The notes beneath the pieces are model-generated. The model was not told the origin of the DNA and searched no databases. It saw nothing but the letters and a program-made list of their open reading frames with translations. A DNA stretch of 20,000 bases, from sequence record SRR31156797_707. The stretch is one strand, 5' to 3'. The translations under genes and the position numbers were made by a program. Positions 1 through 7,728 of the stretch are shown here, one piece after another. The stretch's first letter is position 1. Every line of letters starts with the position of its first letter.

Positions 1-659
1 AGGCTATCTCTGTCCGGGTTTGCCATATATTTATGAACCAACTGCTTCGACGTTAAGATACCGGCAAGTTTACCCTCGCCGTTTGTGACAACCAGCGAGC
101 CAATCTTATGCTCCGCCATTATTTTAGATGCACTAAATATGCTCTCTGCCACATCTATTGTGAAAACCGGGGTGGTCATACAACCGCCCACAGACTTATA
201 TGTATTCTCAGTAACTGTCGCAGTTGAACTCCCAGAAACTTTAGAAAGCCGCTCAACAGTCATCTTATTATATTTTTCACGGAAATCTTCAAACTCTTCC
301 ATAAATTTATATATGCAGAGCTCCGGCATGAAAACCAGCTCACTATCCTCTTCCGCTTTCGAGGTTACATAGTAAGATGCTTTCCCTAGAAATGTTGTCA
401 GTCCAAGCAGGTCGCCGTAAACCATTTCGAGACTGCTGCCGTTTTCGGTATACAGCTCGACCTTACCACCTAGAATTATATAGACACCTCTATGGTAAGA
501 CTCTCCCCTTTTGAAAAGGAACTCATCTTTATCGAGAGAGACGAGCTGCCCTTTGCTAATCATGGTGTTCAGCCTTTCAGGTGAGACATGATTAAACAGA
601 TAGAGAGATTGAAGCTGTTGTAAAATATCGGAGCCTTCAGGTATATCTTTAAACTTCAT
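1..659 (-). CDS. Cyclic-nucleotide-binding + CBS domain protein, 3' end outside window (probably DUF294 nucleotidyltransferase-like family)
   Basis: Manual translation from ATG at 659 (AGAGG about 12 nt upstream), open to the window edge: MKFKDIPEGSDILQQLQSLYLFNHVSPERL...DEFLFKRGESYHRGVYIILGGKVELY...GDLLGLTTFLG (cNMP-fold pattern)...KSVGGCMTTPVFTIDVAESIFSASKIMAEHKIGSLVVTNGEGKLAGILTSKQLV (CBS pattern). The DUF294 assignment is inferred from architecture and the actP neighbourhood. Confidence 0.85.
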   Translation of the reverse strand, partial: MKFKDIPEGSDILQQLQSLYLFNHVSPERLNTMISKGQLVSLDKDEFLFKRGESYHRGVYIILGGKVELYTENGSSLEMVYGDLLGLTTFLGKASYYVTSKAEEDSELVFMPELCIYKFMEEFEDFREKYNKMTVERLSKVSGSSTATVTENTYKSVGGCMTTPVFTIDVAESIFSASKIMAEHKIGSLVVTNGEGKLAGILTSKQLVHKYMANPDRDS

Positions 660-1005
660 ATTAGCGTTTAACCTCTAATCAAAATTTGCACAATTAATTC
701 ATTTTAAAAACATGTTATAAATAACGAATACTGTATACAATGTACAAAACCTGCCAGTAAAATCACCCTCTTGAACCCTCTATATTAAAATACCAAATAA
801 TTTTTCAAATGTAAATTTATTCTTAATATTCAGGTGTTTATTTGTTTAAATATTTAATTTTTGATGGAACACCTCTGTTAAAATTGACTCAATAGTTAAC
901 CGCTAAAATGTTTATCAATAATAAAATTGTTTTTATTAGAGAATACACCATAAACTACTAATAATTAAAAAAAACGAAAAAACTTCTTGACACTCACGAA
1001 AGATG

Positions 1006-1023
1006 ATGCGATTAATGTCGCAT
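1006..1023. promoter_or_regulatory. CRP/FNR-family-like operator palindrome ATGCGA-ttaatg-TCGCAT
   Basis: Perfect 6-bp inverted repeat with a 6-bp spacer, the geometry of TGTGA-N6-TCACA. TTGACA lies at 987-992 and TAAAAT at 1042-1047. Confidence 0.5.
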
Positions 1024-1133
1024 TAAAAGAGAAAGATGTTTTAAAATACAGTCAACAAAGTTAACAACTAATGTTTATTCCCTGTTGACAGTATTTGTTT
1101 TTCTTAATTGTTAAAACTCATAAGGAGGCACAA

Positions 1134-1418
1134 ATGCAGGATGTATTGAATTCTGAGAGATTTAAAAATCTCATCAAAAGACGTTGGACGTTCAGTTTTT
1201 CTATGCTAATGGTTCTTTTCGCTATTTATTTTGGCTATGTTTTTACTATTGCACTGAACAAAGATCTAATCGCACAAAAAGTTGGTGAATACACCACAGT
1301 AGGTATCTATATGACAGTTGGTGTTATCATAGCTGCCTGGTTACTCACGGTTATCTACGTTGTCTGGGCTAACAAAGTTTACGACCCGGAAGTAGAAGAA
1401 CTCAAGAAGATGCTGTAA
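1134..1418 (+). CDS. DUF485 family small inner-membrane protein (YjcH-like ActP partner)
   Basis: AAGGAGG at 1122-1128 precedes ATG 1134, a better start than the ORF track's 1095. Two TM helices; F.xLxKRR..FS start and YVxWANxxYDP end; directly upstream of actP. Confidence 0.9.
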   Translation: MQDVLNSERFKNLIKRRWTFSFSMLMVLFAIYFGYVFTIALNKDLIAQKVGEYTTVGIYMTVGVIIAAWLLTVIYVVWANKVYDPEVEELKKML

Positions 1419-1432
1419 GGGGGTATTGACTA

Positions 1433-2989
1433 ATGGATATTAAATTTGGAGAACCTAACGCGGTCGCAATCGGCTGCTTTGTCGTTGTTGTACTGCTCAC
1501 ATTTGCAGTAACATGGTTTGTTTCAAGAAAACAGCAGCAGTCTGCTGGTAGCTACTACACTGGTGGTGGTGGAATCACTGGTTTCCAGAACGGTCTTGCA
1601 CTGGCTGGTGACTATATGTCCGCAGCATCCTTCCTCGGAATTTCCGGTATGGTTGCTCTTAAAGGATTCGACGGTATGATCTATGCTGTTGGTTGGCTTG
1701 TTGGTTGGCCTGCACTTATGTTCCTTATCGCAGAGCCACTTCGTAACCTCGGTAAATATTCTTTTGCTGACGTTGTTGCTTCAAGACTTAAAGATGGTCC
1801 TATCAGAACTGCATCCGCTATTACAGGCCTTATGGTTGTAATTTCTTATACTATCGCACAGATGGTTGGTTCTGGTAAACTCATCGAGCTCATGTTCGGT
1901 ATCCCTTATGAGCTTGCAGAAATCATCGTTGGTACCGTTATGCTTACATACGTTATCTTCGGTGGAATGCTTGCTACTACATGGGTACAGATCATCAAAG
2001 CTTGTCTTCTTCTTTTCGGTGTTACAGTGCTTGTACTTCTCGCACTCTCACACTTCGACTTTAGTGTAAACAACCTTTACGGTCAGGTTTACAATAATAT
2101 TGGACCAGAAATGTTTGAGCCAGGCGGACTTATCAAAGGACCTGTAGAGGCATTCTCACTCGGTCTTGCTCTTATGCTTGGTCTTCTCGGTCTTCCACAC
2201 ATCCTTATGCGCTTCTTCACAGTGCCGGATGCTAAGGAAGCGAGAAAGTCTGTTGTTTACGCTACAACATTCATCGGTTACTTCTACCTCGTAATTCCTA
2301 TCGTAGGATTCGCAGCTGTTGTACTTCTTGGAAAAGATGCAATCATGGCTGTTGGTTCAGGTGGTAACATGGCTGCTCCTATGCTTTCCGCATTTGTTGG
2401 TGGTACACCTTTCCTCGGATTCATCTCCGCTGTTGCTTTCGCTACAATCCTTGCGGTTGTTGCCGGTCTTGCTCTTGCTGCTTCCGCTGCACTTGCTAAC
2501 GACCTTTACATCAGCGCACTGAAAAAGGGGCAGGCTACTGACAATGAGAAGCTTAAGGCTGCCAGAATCGCTACTATGATCTACGGTGTTATCGCTGTTG
2601 GTCTTGGTATCCTTTTCAAAGGTCAGAACGTTGCTTTCCTTGTTGCTCTTGCATTCTCTATTGCTGCAAGTTCTAACTTCCCTGCTCTCTTCCTCTCTAT
2701 CGTTTGGAAGAAACTCAGCACAACTGGTGCGGTTATGGGTATCCTCTTCGGTGGTATATCGGCGTTGGTACTTATCATCCTTTCACCTACTGTATGGGTA
2801 ACACTCATGGGTAACGAAGCAGCTATCTTCCCTTACAAGTTCCCTACAGTAATATCTCTTCCACTTGCATTCTTTGGTGCTTGGTTAGGTTCCGTAATGG
2901 TTCCGGACGTAGCAGCTCAGGAGAAGTTCGAAGAGCAGAAGATCCGTACTTACCTCGGTGTAGGTGCTGACGAAGCTTCTGATCACTAG
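1433..2989 (+). CDS. actP: Sodium:solute symporter, ActP (cation/acetate symporter) family
   Basis: 518 aa, many TM segments; motifs GFQNGLALAGDYMSAASFLG, GGMLATTWVQIIKA, GLPHILMRFFTVPDAKEARKS, FATILAVVAGL; paired with DUF485. Confidence 0.92.
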   Translation: MDIKFGEPNAVAIGCFVVVVLLTFAVTWFVSRKQQQSAGSYYTGGGGITGFQNGLALAGDYMSAASFLGISGMVALKGFDGMIYAVGWLVGWPALMFLIAEPLRNLGKYSFADVVASRLKDGPIRTASAITGLMVVISYTIAQMVGSGKLIELMFGIPYELAEIIVGTVMLTYVIFGGMLATTWVQIIKACLLLFGVTVLVLLALSHFDFSVNNLYGQVYNNIGPEMFEPGGLIKGPVEAFSLGLALMLGLLGLPHILMRFFTVPDAKEARKSVVYATTFIGYFYLVIPIVGFAAVVLLGKDAIMAVGSGGNMAAPMLSAFVGGTPFLGFISAVAFATILAVVAGLALAASAALANDLYISALKKGQATDNEKLKAARIATMIYGVIAVGLGILFKGQNVAFLVALAFSIAASSNFPALFLSIVWKKLSTTGAVMGILFGGISALVLIILSPTVWVTLMGNEAAIFPYKFPTVISLPLAFFGAWLGSVMVPDVAAQEKFEEQKIRTYLGVGADEASDH

Positions 2990-3033
2990 GAACTTAAATT
3001 AACTCACTAAAGGTTTTTTTTAAAAGCCTTCAT

Positions 3034-3067
3034 GGGGATAGGGGTAATACTCTATCCCCTTTTTTTT
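3034..3067 (+). terminator. Rho-independent terminator of the actP operon
   Basis: Hairpin GGGGATAG...CTATCCCC (3034-3059) followed by eight T residues. A weaker hairpin lies at about 3010-3030. Confidence 0.85.
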
Positions 3068-3093
3068 GTCTTATATATATGTCACAATAGGCT

Positions 3094-4023
3094 ATGGAAA
3101 CTATTATTAATGTTATTCTCGTATCGGGTAAAGCAGGCGTAGACATAGCACTTTACATTCTTCTCCCTGTAATGGTTGTCATGATGGGCTTCATGAAACT
3201 GTTCGAGGCGAAAGGGATTTTAGCATTCACTGCAAAAATCTTATCACCGCTGGTGCGACCTTTCGGGATCCCCGGGATAGGAATATTCGCTGCTCTCCAA
3301 ATATCGCTCGTAAGCTTCGCCGCACCTATGGCGACATTTGCTATTATGGAGACAGATAACTCTGATAAGAGGAAAATGGCAACAGTATTTGCTATGGTTC
3401 TCACCATGTCGCAAGCGAATGTGACCTTTCCTATGGCGGCAGTGGGGCTTAACCTGCCTGTTATTTTTGCAACCTCCATCATAGGCGGACTTATAGCAGC
3501 GACTCTGACATACTACTTCTTCGCTAAAAATCTAGGTGAAGATTCTCTCGTTGTGACATCCAATTTAGATACAGTAGATAATGACAATGCTTTAAACACA
3601 GTTATCAAAGGCGGACAGGAAGCTGTTACTATTGTTCTCAAATCTATACCACTGCTGATTCTTGCCATATGTCTTGTTAATACCCTTAAAGAGATTAACG
3701 CCATTACTTTCATAGAAGCGCTGTTATCACCTGTTTTAGGAGTATTCGGAATATCTGGAGTGAGCGTGCTGCCTATCGTTACTAAATTCCTCGCCGGAGG
3801 AACAGCTATGATGGGCGTAACATTTGACATGTTGAAGACAGGGATAATATCTGTGGATGAATTTAATAGAATCGCAGGATTTATTATCAACCCATTCGAT
3901 CTTGTCGGTATAGCTGTCCTCATGACAGCAGGGAGAAAGACAGCATCAGTAGCCAAACCAGCTATTTACGGCGCTATGATCGGTATCACAATCAGAGGCG
4001 TTCTGCACCTAATCATCTTCTGA
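3094..4023 (+). CDS. Nucleoside-recognition (Gate) domain membrane protein, SpmA/SpmB-like
   Basis: 309 aa, hydrophobic, two internally similar halves (LLPVMVVMMGFMKLFEAKGIL...LSPLVRPFGIPG; IPLLILAICLVNTLKEINAI...LSPVLGVFGISG). Confidence 0.75.
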   Translation: METIINVILVSGKAGVDIALYILLPVMVVMMGFMKLFEAKGILAFTAKILSPLVRPFGIPGIGIFAALQISLVSFAAPMATFAIMETDNSDKRKMATVFAMVLTMSQANVTFPMAAVGLNLPVIFATSIIGGLIAATLTYYFFAKNLGEDSLVVTSNLDTVDNDNALNTVIKGGQEAVTIVLKSIPLLILAICLVNTLKEINAITFIEALLSPVLGVFGISGVSVLPIVTKFLAGGTAMMGVTFDMLKTGIISVDEFNRIAGFIINPFDLVGIAVLMTAGRKTASVAKPAIYGAMIGITIRGVLHLIIF

Positions 4024-4861
4024 TTAATGCCATAGCTGAAAGCACCATAGCAAGCCCGCCGAGATGCATAACAGTAAGCTTCTCACCGAGGAAAACACTG
4101 CTTAACAGAACCGCACTGACAGGCATCACAGCTGTATAAACTGAAGCGTAAGCTCCGCTGACCTTACTGATACCTTTAAACCATAAGATGTAAGCAACCG
4201 CCGTAATAAATATTCCGTAATAAATTATCAGCAGATATCCCCTTACACTTATATCGTAAACAATCTCTCGTTCGCGAATCGCAAATAAAGTGAAATATAT
4301 AAAACCGTATAAAGAGACGTATAGCGACAACACCAACGATGACAAATCCTCTGGCAGTTTCTTACGAAGCAGAAGAAAACCAGCCTCACAAACAACAGCC
4401 GCCAAAACCAACAGACTCCCTTTAATTGTTGCAGAAAAATCACCGGATTCCGCATTAATAAGCATAACTCCCGAAGCGGCTACAATAACCGCTAATACAC
4501 GAGATAAAGTAAGCCTTTCGCCGGTTATAACAACTGAAAGAATTAGAACTACCACAGGCAAAGTACCAGTGATGATTCCTGATGCCGATGCAGAAAGCGT
4601 TTTAAGCCCCTCAAGTAGAAACAGAGTGAACAGAACCGAGCCCAGCAAGGACTGCACTGCAATCAACCCATGTGTACTTAAGCTCAACCCTCTTAAGGAA
4701 AGCCCCTTATACCTTACAAAAAGAAACATAAACAAAGTTCCTATCAAAAATCTGATCGCCATGGAGTAGTAAATAGGCAGGTCTTTTACGACAACTTTCC
4801 CCGCTGGAACAGAGCTTCCTACTATAACCATCGCCCCGATAAGGCATAAGTGATAAAACAT
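4013..4861 (-). CDS. DMT/EamA family transporter
   Basis: About 10 TM helices, two EamA repeats (A.RF...; ..GERLT; AYILWFKG...S.Y....PV.AVLLS...LGEKL). GAGGTGG precedes ATG 4861 (ORF track uses TTG 4864). Confidence 0.9.
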   Translation of the reverse strand: MFYHLCLIGAMVIVGSSVPAGKVVVKDLPIYYSMAIRFLIGTLFMFLFVRYKGLSLRGLSLSTHGLIAVQSLLGSVLFTLFLLEGLKTLSASASGIITGTLPVVVLILSVVITGERLTLSRVLAVIVAASGVMLINAESGDFSATIKGSLLVLAAVVCEAGFLLLRKKLPEDLSSLVLSLYVSLYGFIYFTLFAIREREIVYDISVRGYLLIIYYGIFITAVAYILWFKGISKVSGAYASVYTAVMPVSAVLLSSVFLGEKLTVMHLGGLAMVLSAMALIRR

Positions 4862-4934
4862 CAAACCACCTCTCTGGCTGTGATTATCTCAATTTTTGCG
4901 GTTAATTATAGAATGATGTTGCTAAACCTCCCCT

Positions 4935-4950
4935 AATAGTGCTTACTATT
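4935..4950. promoter_or_regulatory. Short palindrome AATAGT-gctt-ACTATT upstream of lysE
   Basis: Perfect 6-bp inverted repeat with a 4-nt spacer, ending 26 nt before the lysE ATG; function unknown. Confidence 0.3.
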
Positions 4951-4976
4951 TTCATAATTATCTTAACGAGGGCAGG

Positions 4977-5597
4977 ATGAGTTTTGAAATTCTTTTGGCA
5001 TTTTCTTTAACAACTATAACGCTTATTGCTATCCCCGGTCCTACAGTTATGGCGCTCATAGGATATTCTGTCACCCACGGTCGAAAAGCCGCTCTGCCTC
5101 TTATCACCGCAGTGGTTTTAGGTGACGGTACAGCTATACTTCTCTCCTTATGCGGGCTTGGAACTATACTCGCCAAATCTTCTGCGCTATTTCATACTAT
5201 CAAAATAGCTGGTGGCATATACCTTTTATACCTTGGTATTAAACAAATTTATTCTGGTTTCAAGATAAACAGTACAGTAAGTGAAAAAACGAAAATCTCT
5301 CGTAAGAAGATATTTCTCAACACGTATATGGTTACAACTTTAAACCCAAAGGGGATAGTGTTCTACGTTGCGTTTCTTCCTCAATTCGTAACTACAGGCT
5401 CTAATGAGATTTTCCAGCTATCAATACTCTCTGGGACATTTATCTTTCTCGCTGTTATCAATGCGACTTTCTACTGTATTTTCGCAAGCAGAGCAAAAAG
5501 CTTTCTTACAACATCTAAAAGTCAGAGGTATTTTAATTTTTTCAGCGGCGGATTGCTTTCATCAGCAGGGATTTGGGCACTAACATCTAAGAGATAG
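4977..5597 (+). CDS. LysE/RhtB family amino-acid exporter
   Basis: 206 aa with PGP motif (IAIPGPTV), G..YLLYLG and LNPKGIVFYVAFLPQFV; GAGGG upstream. Confidence 0.92.
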   Translation: MSFEILLAFSLTTITLIAIPGPTVMALIGYSVTHGRKAALPLITAVVLGDGTAILLSLCGLGTILAKSSALFHTIKIAGGIYLLYLGIKQIYSGFKINSTVSEKTKISRKKIFLNTYMVTTLNPKGIVFYVAFLPQFVTTGSNEIFQLSILSGTFIFLAVINATFYCIFASRAKSFLTTSKSQRYFNFFSGGLLSSAGIWALTSKR

Positions 5598-6429
5598 GGG
5601 TTCTGCTCATTCTTCTCGGTGTGAGACCGTAGATTTTCTTCAGCCAGCGGTTCATATGGCTCTGATCACTATATCCGCACTCGACTGCGGCATCTGCATA
5701 TTTAACACCACTAAGCACCATCCCCTTAGCCTTCGCAGCCCGAAGTGATGATACATATTCATAAGGCGCTAACCCGACATCTGCACTGAAAGACCTTATA
5801 AAGTGAAACGGACTCACACCAGCTATACCTGAAAGCTTTGAAATTGTTATATTTGAGTTAAGGTTATCACGAATATAGGATTTTACTCTGCTCAGCTTCG
5901 AGCCTAGTTTATAGATACGCTTATCTTCCGGTCGCTTGTCTGTGTGTCTGTAGATTGTTCTGGAAAGGATAGATGTCAGCGAAGATTCAATATAAAGCCT
6001 GTCGCAATCCCCCGAAAGCATGACACCTGTCAGCTTTGCTATGTCAGAAGCAAGCTCACCGTCATTCATAACACCTGACGAGATGAAAGGAGTAGCATAT
6101 TTATCAGCTATATTACTATAGGCATTACGAAAAATATCTTCCTCAAAATATAGCATATTATAACACCAGCCTGAGCTGTCATAGGAGTGTCCGTCATGGA
6201 TTTCATCAGGGTTAACGCTATTGAGATGACCAGGAACAGCCGTAAGATTCTCTCCACGATACTGGAATTTCATCGCTCCGGATGTTATTGTGCCTAGCCC
6301 GTAACCCTCGTGCCAGTGCTTAGCAAAGACCTGCTTAACATACCACGCACGCATTACGTCAATATCACCTAAATAGGTGGAGTACCTTACATAGCTCGGT
6401 TTATCTGCTTCCATCATCTTTGCGCCCAT
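5587..6429 (-). CDS. AraC family transcriptional regulator (N-terminal cupin-like domain + C-terminal HTH)
   Basis: FAKHWHEGY, NPDEIHDG, SPFHFIRSF...GLAPYEY, GYSDQSHMNRWLKKIYGLTP. Alternative ATG starts at 6417/6414; overlaps the bioC end. Confidence 0.92.
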   Translation of the reverse strand: MGAKMMEADKPSYVRYSTYLGDIDVMRAWYVKQVFAKHWHEGYGLGTITSGAMKFQYRGENLTAVPGHLNSVNPDEIHDGHSYDSSGWCYNMLYFEEDIFRNAYSNIADKYATPFISSGVMNDGELASDIAKLTGVMLSGDCDRLYIESSLTSILSRTIYRHTDKRPEDKRIYKLGSKLSRVKSYIRDNLNSNITISKLSGIAGVSPFHFIRSFSADVGLAPYEYVSSLRAAKAKGMVLSGVKYADAAVECGYSDQSHMNRWLKKIYGLTPRRMSRTPIS

Positions 6430-7144
6430 ACATATAGAATATATTGTATGTCACAGGGATTCTACCATTTTCACCAAAAAGCTCCGGATAAAGCTCGGTA
6501 AACTTCTGATATGCAGACTTAGATGTGAATTTGCTCGCTCCGGTGAATGTTGCCCCGGTCCCCTTCTGCTTTTTCAGGAACTCTTTCGCTGAGCCGAACC
6601 AGAGAACATACTCCTTCTCCTCGTATTCAGCCTCCAGAATTCCTCTGTATTCATCACCAGCACGAAGATCGTAAACCGAACCGAAACCTGTCATCCCCTC
6701 AAGGATAGCCATCTCGGTGAAGGTTCCCTTCGCAAATATAGAAAATGCGAACTCGCCGCCAGGCTTAAGCAGTTTGAGCATAGCCGGGATGCTTAATGAA
6801 GGATTTGAAAACCACTGAAGTGCAGACGAGCCGGTGATAAGGTCAAACTCCCCCTTAACAGGAAGGCATTCTCCGTCAGCACAGATGTAATTGTTCTCAG
6901 GGTGTTTCTCCATCGCACCTTTAAGAAGTGAGTGAGCAATATCAACGCAAGTTATTTTTGCATCAGGATATTTCGCACGGAGCAGGTCAGTATAGATGCC
7001 AGTACCTGTGCCTATTTCCAGTATGTTTACATGCTTGCCGTCAAGCTTTTCAGCCAGATGGTCAGCCACAAGCCTCTGTATGTCGCAAGAAGAATCGTAT
7101 GTATTACAGGAAGCGTCGAACGAACGCTTTATGTGTATTCTCAT
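6401..7144 (-). CDS. bioC: Malonyl-ACP O-methyltransferase BioC
   Basis: IKRSFDASCNTYD...IQ N-terminus, SAM motif ILEIGTGTG, ADGECLP, FDLITGSSALQW; located in the bioF operon. Confidence 0.88.
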   Translation of the reverse strand: MRIHIKRSFDASCNTYDSSCDIQRLVADHLAEKLDGKHVNILEIGTGTGIYTDLLRAKYPDAKITCVDIAHSLLKGAMEKHPENNYICADGECLPVKGEFDLITGSSALQWFSNPSLSIPAMLKLLKPGGEFAFSIFAKGTFTEMAILEGMTGFGSVYDLRAGDEYRGILEAEYEEKEYVLWFGSAKEFLKKQKGTGATFTGASKFTSKSAYQKFTELYPELFGENGRIPVTYNIFYMYGRKDDGSR

Positions 7145-7728
7145 ATTTTATACTGCTTCAAAATCTCAGCCGGAATAAAATGCCCAACACCCTCCAGCTC
7201 AATAAGCTCGCAGTCTGATTTAAACTGTATATCACGTGAAGCCTCAACACTGACAATAACATCGTCCAGTCCATGCAGGCACTTTGTACCATTCAAATCA
7301 TAGTTGAGGGTTTGTATATCTGTACGAATCAAATACCTGAGCTGATGGAGAAGTATATGAAAATGTCTCTCATCATATGTAGGTGTCTCTGGTGATTTAC
7401 AACGCTTAAAAAAGTCAGCTATTACCTTTTCAGGGAACTCAACAAACCTTTTCAGCATTTTCTCAAGGACACGCTCAGGGGTATATTTAGTAAATTTTTC
7501 AAACGGAGCCGCCAACACAATATTCTCAAAATCAGGTTTTTTGCTCTGATCAAGGACGATATATGAACCCGTAGACCACGCAAACAGATTACGCCCACCC
7601 TCTCCTAGTAACTCACTGATATCTTGCAGTGAATGAGTTATAAACGGTACTACAAACTCAAACTCTCCAGCAAACTCGCCGAAAAGCTCCGGGTATCCGC
7701 ACCAGCCGGAAATGAATACATCTTTCAT
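7141..7728 (-). CDS. Alpha/beta hydrolase, probable pimeloyl-ACP methyl ester esterase (BioH/BioG/BioV-equivalent)
   Basis: FISGW (oxyanion region), AWSTG nucleophile, LHGLDDVIV (Asp), GVGHF (His); lies between bioF and bioC with 4-bp overlaps on both sides. Confidence 0.8.
   Translation of the reverse strand: MKDVFISGWCGYPELFGEFAGEFEFVVPFITHSLQDISELLGEGGRNLFAWSTGSYIVLDQSKKPDFENIVLAAPFEKFTKYTPERVLEKMLKRFVEFPEKVIADFFKRCKSPETPTYDERHFHILLHQLRYLIRTDIQTLNYDLNGTKCLHGLDDVIVSVEASRDIQFKSDCELIELEGVGHFIPAEILKQYKI

Noticed and set aside
85-372. 95-aa plus-strand ORF
   Set aside because: Antisense shadow of the cNMP-CBS gene; no SD or recognisable motif.
1060-1089. GTTAAC-N18-GTTGAC as a BirA operator
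   Set aside because: Only a partial match and located at actP rather than the bio genes; insufficient support.
1095-1133. N-terminal extension of DUF485 from TTG 1095
   Set aside because: The strong AAGGAGG SD points to ATG 1134.
3080-3096. Possible leaderless promoter (TGtCACAAT) for the Gate-domain gene
   Set aside because: The -10 lacks the first T and there is no properly spaced -35.
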